A stretch of DNA of 63,826 bases, the filler included, from Pseudobdellovibrionaceae bacterium (GTDB taxonomy: Bacteria; Bdellovibrionota; Bdellovibrionia; Bdellovibrionales; UBA1609): the NCBI GenBank assembly GCA_030591685.1. It is 5 parts of 5 records of this genome, joined end to end, with 100 filler letters (N's around TTAATTAATTAA, not from the genome) between each part and the next. Parts side by side here need not be neighbours in the genome. Positions count along the whole stretch, not along the records: positions 1 to 28,781 come from JAUVAX010000031.1; 4 more parts are not named here. One strand, given 5' to 3'. Below the pieces are notes generated by a model. That model worked only from the letters and a program-made list of their open reading frames with translations. It was not told the origin of the DNA and did no database searches. Shown in pieces: positions 1 through 9,992 of this stretch. The first letter of the stretch is position 1; each line of letters starts with the position of its first letter. The position numbers and the translations under genes are program-made.

Positions 1-799
1 AACTCCAAGACTTGCTTACACCCATCTGAGTAATCTCTTCATCATTAGTCGTTGAAAGGTCTAACTCTTCATAAGAGTAGTTTAACTTCATACCGTCAAC
101 AAGGCTCTTAGCTTTAGAGTTTTGAAGGTTCAATGCTTTACCTACATTTAAAGAAGCTGAAGCCGACATAGCGTCGCCATTTTCATCTTCTTCTAAATAA
201 GAAAAGCTTGTATCAACAACACCCATAAGGTTACCGCTCACTCTAAATACCATACCTTCATCAAGTCCCTTTTCGGCATCTCGGTATCCAGCCACTTCAA
301 TCGTTGTAGCTAAGTCGCTTATAACTTTTAAAGCTCCCTCGTAGTCAGCGTCGTCTCTATTAATAACGATCTTAACTTGATCTTGAGCTCTATATCTTTC
401 AGCTGATTGTTCAGCAAAGCTCATGTCTTGAGTCGGACGTCCAGTTACACTAGGGTCACCAAACGGGAGATGGTCACGACCGATAATGATTTCAATAGAG
501 TCAAACGTTAAGCGAACAGCTGCACGTCTTACTTCCATGTCATCAATATCTAGGTCTTCTAAAGCACTTCTTACATAACCCTGCTCAAAGAAAACACCAA
601 TGTTATCTGTTATTTGCGCATCAGCTTTTATGTAAGCATCAGATAAAGCTGAGTCTTCGCCCTCAATTTTATCAATAGTTGCTTGCCCGTCTAGCCATAC
701 TTTTACACTGCCTATATTGGCCTCTACTTCTGCTAGGCCACTTTGTGGTGCCACTGCCATCAGCGCACATACTGCTATAATCGTCTTATAATTTTTCAC
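1..799 (-). CDS. Outer-membrane porin-like beta-barrel protein, runs off the left edge of the window (not in ORF track)
   Basis: My translation: GTG at 799 after AAGGAGG RBS; MKNYKTIIAVCALMAVAPQSGLA signal peptide, then alternating amphipathic beta-strand pattern (IEIIIGRDHLPFG, MVFRVSGNL, SASASLNVG, MKLNYSYEE); no stop before position 1. Confidence 0.75.
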   Translation of the reverse strand, partial: MKNYKTIIAVCALMAVAPQSGLAEVEANIGSVKVWLDGQATIDKIEGEDSALSDAYIKADAQITDNIGVFFEQGYVRSALEDLDIDDMEVRRAAVRLTFDSIEIIIGRDHLPFGDPSVTGRPTQDMSFAEQSAERYRAQDQVKIVINRDDADYEGALKVISDLATTIEVAGYRDAEKGLDEGMVFRVSGNLMGVVDTSFSYLEEDENGDAMSASASLNVGKALNLQNSKAKSLVDGMKLNYSYEELDLSTTNDEEITQMGVSKSWS

Positions 800-920
800 C
801 TTTGACCTCCTTAGTTAGTCTTTGTGTAGGTGGTTTAAAAGAGGGGCCGCCTCCTCTTTTAAACATTATTTATTCGTTTCTTACTTCTCTGCTTTCGTTT
901 CTCGTTTGAGGGTGGGACAT

Positions 921-936
921 TGCATCGAGCGTGCCA
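921..936 (-). promoter_or_regulatory. Sigma54 (-24/-12) promoter for the porin gene
   Basis: Minus strand TGGCACGCTCGATGCA = GG-N10-GC with TGGCACG core, about 120 bp upstream of GTG 799. Confidence 0.6.
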
Positions 937-1504
937 AGGTGGCACTAAATTATGGCAACCACCTGATTCTTAAAGAGTAATTTTAAATTGTATTTTTTAT
1001 TGAATTCTTTCTAGGCTACAAATGTTGACATAAAAAAAAGTAAAAAACATTTTTTAAATTAACCTTAAAAACAGTACTCCATCGTAAAAAACTTTAGTGT
1101 TTTTAGGCACTCATAGGGGCTTGGGCCCATTGTCTTTTTGTTTTAAACAAAAGTTTTCTTATACAGGCCATTAAAACCCGTTAATGATTATAAAGAATTT
1201 AGCTATGGATTTTTACAAAATACCGTGGAAAATATCTATAGCCCCCAACACCACAAAAGGTATTAAATTTACTGAACTATTCAGTGTTTTTTAACAGCCG
1301 TGCTGATTTGAATGTAAAAATGTCACAACAGGCGCCAAAAAACCAAGGAAATGGCTCTGCAAAAAAGTTCAGGCGCACACAGCCCTCTCGTATTTAGTCT
1401 ATATATATGTTTGAAACTAAAGGTTCGCGCATTCGCCCTAAAACCGGCGTGATTTATAAAACACACAATGAGCCCTGTGACCCAAAATCCTTAGAGCAGT
1501 ACAG

Positions 1505-2683
1505 TTACTCGCCTGTACACTGAGCCCAGCTTTCACTAAGGCCCCTGACTGCTTGGTAAACCTTATATCCCTCGGGGAAGGTACCCAAGTTCCCTTCTCT
1601 AGCAATGAGCCCAAAAAAGTTTTTTTGAACATTTATAAAAGGGTAGGATCCATAAGCGCCAGGGCTTGAGTAATACTCTGTTTGCACACAATTATACACA
1701 AGGCTGTTACACTCAAGCCAAACTCCATACCCATAATGCCAGTCTTGATTAACCCCAGATTGCGCTGGTGATTTAGTAATCGGCATATTAACCAAACGAT
1801 CCGTAAACATTAATGATTTTGTAGCACTTGAAGTTATTGAATTATTCACAATAGCTCTTAAAAAATCAATGTAATCGTTGCCCGTCCACTTCATGCCCCC
1901 GGCAAGCCTGGGGTTATTAACCGTTGGGTCATCAAAGGTTGAGTTTGTAAATAAGCCCGTTTTTGCTTTAAAATCACTAAACAAACTCGCCCAGTCAGCA
2001 TATCCACCCGCCCCGATAGCCATAGCCCCCGCAACCTGAATGTGAGTACTCACATAATGAAAGCTTGAGCCTGGCGCATTGCCTAGCCCTTTATTGGCAT
2101 CCACAAGGTCAATCATACAATCATCAAAAGATTTTATAGGAAGCCCTATCGAGAGACACCCTGAATCTTTTCTTAAACCCGATGTAAAACTTAATAGCTC
2201 TGAGAGTGTGGCTTGATAAAGGGGGTCACCTGTCGGCATGGTCCAAGGGTAATGATCACTTGGCTTGTCTGTAAGATCAAAACCATTTACAGACTCCACT
2301 AAACGAAGTACTGCTGCCGAAGTGACCCATTTAGATGTGGAGGCTGACTTGTATAAGGAGTTTAACGTTGAAGTCCCTCTGTTGTATAAAAAGGTCTCTC
2401 CTGTGTTTTTTTCAAGGTAAAAACTAAAATCAACATCAGTACTCAGAGATTGCAGCGACAAAGTAAGTTCATTTTCAATAGTGGCCGAAGAACAAGCCAC
2501 GGCATTAGGCCCCTTGTCCTCACAAGAACTTAGGGCGAAAGTAATCATCATAAAAAATAAGATTCTCTTATTTAACAACTTAACGACAGACTCCCCATTT
2601 TTTTTAGTAACGGCTAAGCTTAATGATATCACTAACATAAAATATAAGCGCATAGAAAACTGCCAGAAAGTGCTGGCTCGCAC
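1505..2683 (-). CDS. Serine hydrolase, beta-lactamase/class C-like family lipoprotein (true start probably TTG near 2578)
   Basis: SxxK motif (SASTSKW), LLSFTSGL, PGSSFHY, YGYGVWL, SPGAYG; lipobox-like LSSC. Confidence 0.8.
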   Translation of the reverse strand: MRASTFWQFSMRLYFMLVISLSLAVTKKNGESVVKLLNKRILFFMMITFALSSCEDKGPNAVACSSATIENELTLSLQSLSTDVDFSFYLEKNTGETFLYNRGTSTLNSLYKSASTSKWVTSAAVLRLVESVNGFDLTDKPSDHYPWTMPTGDPLYQATLSELLSFTSGLRKDSGCLSIGLPIKSFDDCMIDLVDANKGLGNAPGSSFHYVSTHIQVAGAMAIGAGGYADWASLFSDFKAKTGLFTNSTFDDPTVNNPRLAGGMKWTGNDYIDFLRAIVNNSITSSATKSLMFTDRLVNMPITKSPAQSGVNQDWHYGYGVWLECNSLVYNCVQTEYYSSPGAYGSYPFINVQKNFFGLIAREGNLGTFPEGYKVYQAVRGLSESWAQCTGE

Positions 2684-2788
2684 CTCAGAGGTAAACTCTG
2701 CCTCTGTTTTTTAACCCGTCTTAGTTTGAAACACGAATAGTTCTACTCAAATAAAATAAGGTGTTTAAACCGCAAGCTCACTTTATCG

Positions 2789-3712
2789 TTAGAGCGTTGG
2801 AGAGGTGTCGCTAGCCCCTTCACTTGTCTCATTAGACAGTTCAAATAGCTGTAAATTTAACTGAAAAACCCTGTCCCCAGGTCCGCTCTCACGGTTTAAT
2901 AAAACATCTTTAAAGATTTTTTTTCTAAAATGGCGAAGCTCAAACTTTAACTTTTTAAATTCAGCCTCTGTTAAGCTCATGGTAAGGGTGCCGAATTCTC
3001 TGGCCTTAGCCTCATCGTTAAATAACGATTCAAGGCCAAGATAAATCAGTTCAGCTTGAAGTTTTTTTACCGCCTCAACAGGGATCTTTTCGGCTTCTTT
3101 TACACTCAACCTAGCCTTTGAAACGGCCCCCGATTTGGGGTCTCTAACGAGTTGTCCTGAATCGAGCAGCTTATCGAGACATTTTTTTATCTCATCCTTT
3201 CTGGCCCGCCCCTTAAGTGTGTGCCAAAGAACCTCGGGGTCAAAATTAATATTTTTTTGATCCGTCAACGCCATCAAAGCCCACGTGACCCAAGATGGGC
3301 GAGATTCAAATTTTTCAGAGTCAATAGCGCCATTTTTAATTTGATTCTGTACTCTATAATCAGACAGTACTTTTAAACACTGGTTTCTCTCTAAAGGCTC
3401 CTTAGCCTGCGAGTACTCTACAAGGGCTCTAAATTCATCTTCTTGATTTTTATTTAAATGAAGGGCCTTTGAAAAGTTATGAACCATTTTGTTAGAAAGG
3501 TTTCTTTGCCCCTCAATAATTAATTTTAAGTAATTGGGGGATTTAATGTCTGCCGCGGCTGAAAAGTGAGCATACGAGTATGGGCGTAAATCCCCCTTAC
3601 TGGCATCACGTTTATAATTATAAAATGATTTTAAATACTCTCTATAATCCGTGAAGGTTGAGAGACTCGGCGGCGCACTTGAAGAAAAATCTGACTCTAT
3701 ACTTGTTTGCAA
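2789..3712 (-). CDS. TIGR02147/DUF4423-like protein (HTH-containing family expanded in Bdellovibrionota and Fibrobacter)
   Basis: DYREYLK..Y..KR....YS..HFS..A.IKSPNYLKLIIEGQRNLS N-terminus; C-terminal VFQLNLQLF. Confidence 0.8.
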   Translation of the reverse strand: MQTSIESDFSSSAPPSLSTFTDYREYLKSFYNYKRDASKGDLRPYSYAHFSAAADIKSPNYLKLIIEGQRNLSNKMVHNFSKALHLNKNQEDEFRALVEYSQAKEPLERNQCLKVLSDYRVQNQIKNGAIDSEKFESRPSWVTWALMALTDQKNINFDPEVLWHTLKGRARKDEIKKCLDKLLDSGQLVRDPKSGAVSKARLSVKEAEKIPVEAVKKLQAELIYLGLESLFNDEAKAREFGTLTMSLTEAEFKKLKFELRHFRKKIFKDVLLNRESGPGDRVFQLNLQLFELSNETSEGASDTSPTL

Positions 3713-3826
3713 AACCCACTCCTTTGGCTTTTGGTTTATACAAAATCATCCCAAGGATTTTTTTTTAAGTAAAGGCTTCTCATAAATTTCTCTTAATCAT
3801 GGGCGGCGCGTAAGTTTTCTAATTCT

Positions 3827-5188
3827 TCAATGAAATGAATACTTTGCCCAATATTCCTTGAGGGCTTGTTTGACCTTTGGCGCCAAAATAATAGTTGCGA
3901 TCATGTTGGGTATAACCATAAGAGCAAAGCAAATATCCAGAAAATTGATCACATCGTCGCTCGACACCACGGCACCCACCATTACAGCCACGGCATAGAC
4001 AGCCACAAAGGTTCTATTGCCAAAGCCCGATTTGCCTTTAAATAAAAAATTCCAGCACTTTTGCATATAATTGGCCGTCCCTAAAATTGTAGAAACAGCA
4101 AACAACAATACTGCAATGCCTAAAAAGTAATTACCAAACCCCGGCAGGCTCACCTCAAAGGCTTGCTTGGTGATAAGAATCCCCGAGCTTCCCTCGGCGA
4201 CGGTCGAAAGGTCAACAGAGGTTAAAATTACAAGAGCCGTCATTGTGCAAACAATAATAGTATCTAAAAAGGGGCCAATCATAGAAACAAGCCCCTCTGA
4301 AACAGGCTCAACTGTTTTAGCATTACTATGGGCCATGGGGGCGGTACCTACACCGGCCTCATTAGAGAAGGCGGCTCTTTTTATGCCGGACTTCATAATT
4401 TCAGCAATAGCCATACCGGTCACACCACCTAAAGCCGCTCGCCCATTAAAGGCCTCATCAAATATCATTACAAATACACTAGGTACCTTATCAAAATTTA
4501 AAAATATTATGACCATACAAACAGCCACGTAAAACACACACATTATAGGTACAAGGCGTGAAGTGACTTGCCCTATGGACCTTACCCCGCCGAGCAAAAC
4601 CCAACTCACAAGAATGGCACACACAGACCCCATTAAATAAGGGCTTACTGAAAACTGATCGCTTGCATAAGTTGTTAACTGATTGACGTTAAATAAAGGT
4701 AACGTCCCCATAACCCCACAAAAAGCAAACATATAAGCCAGAGGGTGCCACTTTTTACTCAAAGCATTTTTAATTACATACATCGGGCCACCCTGCACTT
4801 CACCGGCATAGTCTTTGCCCCGATACATAACAGCCAGAGTGCACTCAAAAAACTTAGTATTCATGCCGATAAATGCAGCTAACCACATCCAAAAAATGGC
4901 GCCGGCCCCCCCTTGTGATATAGCAAAGGCAACACCACTAATATTACCCATGCCTACGGTACTTGCTAGCGCGTTTGTTAGTGCTTGTAGGTGGTTAATT
5001 TGACCGGCGGCCTTTTCGTCACCTTTATGATGATACTTACCTGTAACCAACATAATGGCGCGCTTAAAACCTTTTAACGGTAAAAAATGAGAGACAAAAA
5101 CTAAATATAAACCACCACCCATGAGCAGTAACACCAGTGGGGTCCCCCAAGCATAATCGACAGCTATTGATAAAAATTCAGATAACAT
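3827..5188 (-). CDS. Alanine/glycine:cation symporter (AGCS, AlsT-like)
   Basis: LASTVGMGNISGVA, GGAGAIFWMW, GGPMY, GIKRAAFSNEAGVG signature motifs; many TM helices. Confidence 0.92.
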   Translation of the reverse strand: MLSEFLSIAVDYAWGTPLVLLLMGGGLYLVFVSHFLPLKGFKRAIMLVTGKYHHKGDEKAAGQINHLQALTNALASTVGMGNISGVAFAISQGGAGAIFWMWLAAFIGMNTKFFECTLAVMYRGKDYAGEVQGGPMYVIKNALSKKWHPLAYMFAFCGVMGTLPLFNVNQLTTYASDQFSVSPYLMGSVCAILVSWVLLGGVRSIGQVTSRLVPIMCVFYVAVCMVIIFLNFDKVPSVFVMIFDEAFNGRAALGGVTGMAIAEIMKSGIKRAAFSNEAGVGTAPMAHSNAKTVEPVSEGLVSMIGPFLDTIIVCTMTALVILTSVDLSTVAEGSSGILITKQAFEVSLPGFGNYFLGIAVLLFAVSTILGTANYMQKCWNFLFKGKSGFGNRTFVAVYAVAVMVGAVVSSDDVINFLDICFALMVIPNMIATIILAPKVKQALKEYWAKYSFH

Positions 5189-5211
5189 TTACCTTCCCCT
5201 TAAAAAAAAGT

Positions 5212-6066
5212 TTATTGATGCAGCTCTGAGGTGGAGCTTAAAAAATCAAACTCAAACTGATGCTCTCTTAGCCAATCCTTACATGGTTTGTGATTCGGGC
5301 AATAGTCATTTACTAATGACCAAAAATTTTGAGAGTGATTTTGATGCTGCAAATGAGCCAGCTCATGAATAATAACATACTCTTGGACCTCTACAGGCGC
5401 CGCAATCAAGCGCCAATTAATAGAGATATGGCCTTTTGAATTACAAGACCCCCAGCGTGTTTTTTGCGATCGATAGCTAATTTTTGTGGGCCTAAGGTTC
5501 ATTTTTTGACTCAAATAGCTAAACCGAGACTCAAGAAGTTTTTTACTCGTTTTTTTATAAAAACTTAAAACACTGTCTCTAAGCTCTGGGTGGGGCTTTT
5601 GCGAAAAATCCTCAGACCACCTTTCAAGAGGCACAAATACATTTAACTGATCACCGCACATGGCGATAGATATTTTTTTACTCGTACTGGGTGAGAAATT
5701 TAAATGAACAGTCCCCCCCATAAATAAAAACTCCTCGCCTTGAATAAATCTTTTAGGCGGAAATTTGTTTTGTATATGTTCTTGAGATTTTAAGGTTTTT
5801 TTTAACCAAACCGAGTGCTCTGACAAAAATTTAACAATATTTTTTTTTGTAGTTAGTCGGGCACAAGTTACACGAACCTTACCATTCGGGTGAACCAGTA
5901 AGTTCATGGTTCGTTGATAGCGGCGCCTTACAATTTCAACGTCATGGTCAATAAAAACCAGTGCGTCCTTATTTTTTAACTCAAGCCGAGAGCCCGGGGG
6001 TACAGCCCGTGTTTTTAATGGGTTTTTACCCTTAAGTCGTTGAAATAAATTCAGTTGTTCAAACAT
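5212..6066 (-). CDS. YgjP/DUF45 SprT-like metal-dependent hydrolase
   Basis: QKTRWGSC..G.ISINWRL, YVIIHELAHL.H.NHS..FW (HExxH). Confidence 0.9.
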   Translation of the reverse strand: MFEQLNLFQRLKGKNPLKTRAVPPGSRLELKNKDALVFIDHDVEIVRRRYQRTMNLLVHPNGKVRVTCARLTTKKNIVKFLSEHSVWLKKTLKSQEHIQNKFPPKRFIQGEEFLFMGGTVHLNFSPSTSKKISIAMCGDQLNVFVPLERWSEDFSQKPHPELRDSVLSFYKKTSKKLLESRFSYLSQKMNLRPTKISYRSQKTRWGSCNSKGHISINWRLIAAPVEVQEYVIIHELAHLQHQNHSQNFWSLVNDYCPNHKPCKDWLREHQFEFDFLSSTSELHQ

Positions 6067-6125
6067 AGGCCTATCATTATTTTTTTTACTACTTAAATCA
6101 ATCCACTTTTGTTAATTTAATACTT

Positions 6126-7109
6126 ATGCGAACAAATGCAGCAAATTTTTATTCTTTAACTCCTGGTGAAGTCCTTGATGGTGTACAAAACACAGGGCTG
6201 CTCCCCACGGGCACGTATTTTCAACTGAACTCTTATGAAAACAGGGTGTTTGATATTTTTTTAGAGCCCGGCTCTAGCCCCGAGCTCAACGACCGAGTCA
6301 TTGCAAAGTATTACCGCCCTGAAAGGTGGTCAAAAGAAGCTCTTTTCGAAGAGCATGAGTTTTTATTAGAGTTAAACAATAATGACATCCCTGCCATAGC
6401 CCCACTGATACAAAATAATAACTCTACACTCTCTTTGCAGGGGGGGATTTACTTGGCCCTCTTCCCTAAAGGGTTAGGGCGTTTACCCCAAGAGCTTAAT
6501 AGAGCCCAACGGCTGCAAATAGGTAAAATGCTCGCACAAGTACACAACGTAGGTCGCCAGCACCCCGCTAAGCACCGCCCTAGTTTTACCGTCGATGCCT
6601 ACGGATGGGATAGCTTAGAAAGACTGCAAAACTGGGTCGCTCCAGAAGTCTGGGGGCGCTACCAAAAGGCCAGCGAGCAAATTTTATTTTTCCTAGAAGA
6701 CCACCTGAATCCTGATGAGTACATTCGGATCCATGGGGACTGCCACCTGGGAAACCTACTGCTTTATGATAAAAGAGACGAGCCACAAAAGTTTTTCTTA
6801 GTGGACTTTGATGATTTTTGCATGGGCCCACCCGCACAGGATTTTTGGATGCTTCTGCCTGACACTGTGGATAATGCCAAAGAAGAGCTTTACGACCTCA
6901 TCGAGGGCTATGAAACTTTTAGCCAATTCCAAATGCCCAACTTAAAATTATTTGAGGCTCTTCGTGGACTTAGAGTTCTTTACTATGCTGGGTGGATTGC
7001 TAAGCGATTTTCAGACCCTACCTTTCCAAATCTTTTCCCCCAGTTTCAAGAATACATTTACTGGGCCGAAGAAACAGAGACTCTAGAGCGCATAGCTTGG
7101 TCCTTATAA
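6126..7109 (+). CDS. srkA: Stress-response Ser/Thr protein kinase SrkA/RdoA (YihE)
   Basis: LNSYENRVF, AKYYRPERWS, IHGDCHLGN, VDFDD, QDFWMLL, DPTFPNLFP. Confidence 0.88.
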   Translation: MRTNAANFYSLTPGEVLDGVQNTGLLPTGTYFQLNSYENRVFDIFLEPGSSPELNDRVIAKYYRPERWSKEALFEEHEFLLELNNNDIPAIAPLIQNNNSTLSLQGGIYLALFPKGLGRLPQELNRAQRLQIGKMLAQVHNVGRQHPAKHRPSFTVDAYGWDSLERLQNWVAPEVWGRYQKASEQILFFLEDHLNPDEYIRIHGDCHLGNLLLYDKRDEPQKFFLVDFDDFCMGPPAQDFWMLLPDTVDNAKEELYDLIEGYETFSQFQMPNLKLFEALRGLRVLYYAGWIAKRFSDPTFPNLFPQFQEYIYWAEETETLERIAWSL

Positions 7110-7183
7110 GGCACGCCCACTTTGCTCTAAGTAAGGTCTGACGTGTTGCGGCGACCGTTAAATGCCTAGCACCTAAATTAGGC

Positions 7184-7212
7184 TTGCGTCTCTATGGGGG
7201 CACTTGTACATT
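7184..7212 (+). promoter_or_regulatory. Sigma70-like promoter for ffs
   Basis: TTGCGT-N17-TACATT immediately upstream of the SRP RNA. Confidence 0.55.
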
Positions 7213-7218
7213 ACCCGT

Positions 7219-7314
7219 GGCCGGGTCCCATACAATTGTGACTCTTGCGAATCCCGCCAGATCCGAAAGGAAGCAACGGTAGCGAAGGTTCGATGTGATA
7301 TGGGGCGCCCGACC
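7219..7314 (+). ncRNA. ffs: Signal recognition particle 4.5S RNA (small bacterial SRP)
   Basis: Domain IV core CAGATCCGAAAGGAAGCAAC (GNRA loop), closing stem GGCCGGG.CCCATA / TATGGGG.GCCCGACC, and the conserved position upstream of dnaX. Confidence 0.9.
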
Positions 7315-7336
7315 ACTTCTTTTTTCTGGGGTTAGT

Positions 7337-9049
7337 ATGTCTTATCAGGTTATTGCGAGAAAATGGCGACCTAAATCGTTTAGCGAACTTGTCGGGCAAA
7401 CTCATATTAGCAAGACACTTTTAAATGCCCTAAAAAATAATCGCCTCCCCCATGCCTTACTATTCACTGGCCCTCGTGGGACGGGTAAAACCTCTTCGGC
7501 CCGAATTTTAGCTAAAGCCCTAAGGTGCACAAAAATCAATAACTTTACCCCCTGTGATGAGTGCGACGAGTGCCACGAGATCAGCACCGGCTCTAGTGTT
7601 AACGTTATTGAAATTGATGGGGCCAGCAATAATGGTGTTGATGCCATTCGAGAACTCCGAGAGAGTGTTTCGTACATGCCCTCTAGTGGTAAACACAAAA
7701 TATATATTATTGATGAAGTACATATGCTGTCTACAAGTGCTTTTAATGCTCTTTTAAAAACCCTCGAAGAGCCACCCGAGCACGTACTATTTATTTTGGC
7801 CACCACAGAGGTGCAAAAAATACCGAATACTATTTTATCCCGCTGCCAACGGTTTGATTTTAGGCGTATCCCTTTTAAACTTATTTGTGAACGACTACAA
7901 ATTATTTGCAACGACGAAGGGGTCACAACTGATGAAGAGGCCCTTTGGGTGATTGCACGGCAAGGCGACGGGTCTATGCGCGATTCACAAAGCTTACTTG
8001 ATCAAGTTATTACTTTTTGTGATAAAAACATCACCCTTGAAAAGATCACCGACGTTTTAGGCCTCACCGATAGGGCCCTTCTTTTTAACACCATTGAGGC
8101 TTTCGCCCTTAGAGATAGCAAAAAAATCATAGATATCATTGAAAGTATTTTTACCTCAGGCTATGACCCAAAAGTTTTTGTGCAAGATCTATTAGAGGAG
8201 CTCCGGCATTTTTTGCTCGTAAAATTAGACTCAGACAAAGCGGAGAGCATTATTGATCTCCCTAATGCCGAAATTAAACGCTTAAAAACTTTAGCTGAAA
8301 CATTAACCCAAGAAGACATCCACCTACTTTTTGATATGGCCCTCAAAGGCGGCCATGATATACCAAAATCTCAGGACCCACGAATTGTTTTAGAAATGTT
8401 ACTACTAAGGATGTCGCAGGCCCCACGCATTGAGAACTTACTCGAAAATGGTCGCACAGAGGTAAAAAAAAAATCAACCCCAGGGCCCATGCCCCATAAG
8501 GCCGCACAACAAAAACCAGCCGCACCAAAAAAAACCGCCCCTCCACTTGCAGCACCTATAAAAAACACCCTACCTAAAGAAGTCGAAACAAAGGTTATTC
8601 AGCCCCCCGCCCCTCAGGCCCTAAAGCCTGAGATCCCCACTGGTACCGATGAACAAAAATGGAAAGGCCTTGTTAGTAAGATCAAGGCTGTAAATGGCCT
8701 TGTCGGCGCCCAGCTAGAGAACACTTACCTGGAAAGCTTGAAAGATAAAGTTATTAAAATTAGCGTGCCACCCAGGGTTACTTTTTTATACGAAAAACTA
8801 AAAGACCCCAGCTTTCAGCAAAAACTCACTAACTATATTAATACCTTTTGGGGGACCGGTTTTAGTTTTGAAATTTTGCTGGGCGAACAAAAAAAAAGTC
8901 AGCAGTTAACCCCTAAAGCTATTGCCGCCCAAGAAGTTTTAGAACAAAAGGACGACATCCGTAAACAGGTCGAAGGCCATCCACTTATTGTCGCGGCCCA
9001 AAAAGCTTTTAAAGGACAAATTAAATCAATACAGGAGATAAAAAAATGA
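7337..9049 (+). CDS. dnaX: DNA polymerase III subunit gamma/tau
   Basis: MSYQVIARKWRP start, Walker A GPRGTGKTS, Zn-finger Cys, IDEVHMLS, SRC motif; Pro/Ala linker and C-terminal tau domain. Confidence 0.97.
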   Translation: MSYQVIARKWRPKSFSELVGQTHISKTLLNALKNNRLPHALLFTGPRGTGKTSSARILAKALRCTKINNFTPCDECDECHEISTGSSVNVIEIDGASNNGVDAIRELRESVSYMPSSGKHKIYIIDEVHMLSTSAFNALLKTLEEPPEHVLFILATTEVQKIPNTILSRCQRFDFRRIPFKLICERLQIICNDEGVTTDEEALWVIARQGDGSMRDSQSLLDQVITFCDKNITLEKITDVLGLTDRALLFNTIEAFALRDSKKIIDIIESIFTSGYDPKVFVQDLLEELRHFLLVKLDSDKAESIIDLPNAEIKRLKTLAETLTQEDIHLLFDMALKGGHDIPKSQDPRIVLEMLLLRMSQAPRIENLLENGRTEVKKKSTPGPMPHKAAQQKPAAPKKTAPPLAAPIKNTLPKEVETKVIQPPAPQALKPEIPTGTDEQKWKGLVSKIKAVNGLVGAQLENTYLESLKDKVIKISVPPRVTFLYEKLKDPSFQQKLTNYINTFWGTGFSFEILLGEQKKSQQLTPKAIAAQEVLEQKDDIRKQVEGHPLIVAAQKAFKGQIKSIQEIKK

Positions 9050-9363
9050 AAAATTTCGGAGGCATGCAACAACTCATGCGGCAAGCAAATCAGATGCAAA
9101 GCAAAATGAAAAAACTAAAGGAGCAATTGGCAGCTCAAGAGTATAACGGCACCTCCGGGGGCGAAGCCGTTAAAGTTACCGTCAATGGTGAATACCAATT
9201 GAGCAAAATTTCAATTGATTCTGAGGTGATTAATGCTGACGACAAAGAGATGCTTGAGGATATGGTTTTATCTGCCACCAATGAAGCCCTAAAAGTAGCC
9301 AAAGAGACCTCTGAAAAAGAAATGTCTAAAATCACTGGCGGCACCGACCTTCCTGGGTTTTAA
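9046..9363 (+). CDS. ybaB: YbaB/EbfC nucleoid-associated protein
   Basis: MQQLMRQANQMQ..GTSGG..VKVTVNG..DKEMLEDMV; sits between dnaX and recR. Confidence 0.95.
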   Translation: MKNFGGMQQLMRQANQMQSKMKKLKEQLAAQEYNGTSGGEAVKVTVNGEYQLSKISIDSEVINADDKEMLEDMVLSATNEALKVAKETSEKEMSKITGGTDLPGF

Positions 9364-9371
9364 TTGTTAAT

Positions 9372-9992
9372 ATGTTAGATTATGTCCCCTCGTTTACACA
9401 ACTGGTCTCGGAACTTAATAAGCTCCCAGGCATTGGGCCAAAAACCGCTCAAAGGCTTGCTTACTATATTCTTAATTCCCCAGAGCAATACTCTCAGGGG
9501 CTCTCTAAAGCCATGCATGAAATGCATTTAAAAGTAAGAAAATGCGAACAATGCTTTGCCCTCACTGAAAATGATAATCTTTGCCATTTTTGCGAAGACA
9601 CAAAAAGAAATGACTCTTTGTTATGTATTGTTGAGCAACCCTCTGATATTTCGCGCCTTGAATTTTCAGGAGCCTTCAGGGGTCGTTACCATGTTCTTCA
9701 TGGGGTTATTTCACCCCTTGACGGCGTTGGCCCAGAGGACTTAACGACCCAGGCCCTGATCCATCGCATTGATTTAAGCCTAAAAACTGAGGAAACAGCC
9801 ATTAAAGAGGTTATTTTAGCACTCGATGCTGATTTAGAGGGTGACACCACCGTACTCTATCTTGCTAAAATCTTAAAAGAGCGGGGGATTAAAATCTCTA
9901 GAATCGCTCATGGGATCCCCATTGGGGGGGATATTGATTATGTGGACCACAGAACACTAGGACGTGCTCTAGAAAACAGGGTGGATGTATAA
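9372..9992 (+). CDS. recR: Recombination mediator RecR
   Basis: LPGIGPKTAQRLA HhH, C4 zinc finger, YHVLHGVISPLDGVGP, TOPRIM domain, RIAHGIPIGG. Confidence 0.97.
   Translation: MLDYVPSFTQLVSELNKLPGIGPKTAQRLAYYILNSPEQYSQGLSKAMHEMHLKVRKCEQCFALTENDNLCHFCEDTKRNDSLLCIVEQPSDISRLEFSGAFRGRYHVLHGVISPLDGVGPEDLTTQALIHRIDLSLKTEETAIKEVILALDADLEGDTTVLYLAKILKERGIKISRIAHGIPIGGDIDYVDHRTLGRALENRVDV

Noticed and set aside
7211..7405. ORF 7211-7405 and the dnaX start at 7295
   Set aside because: Both overlap the SRP RNA; the conserved dnaX start is ATG 7337
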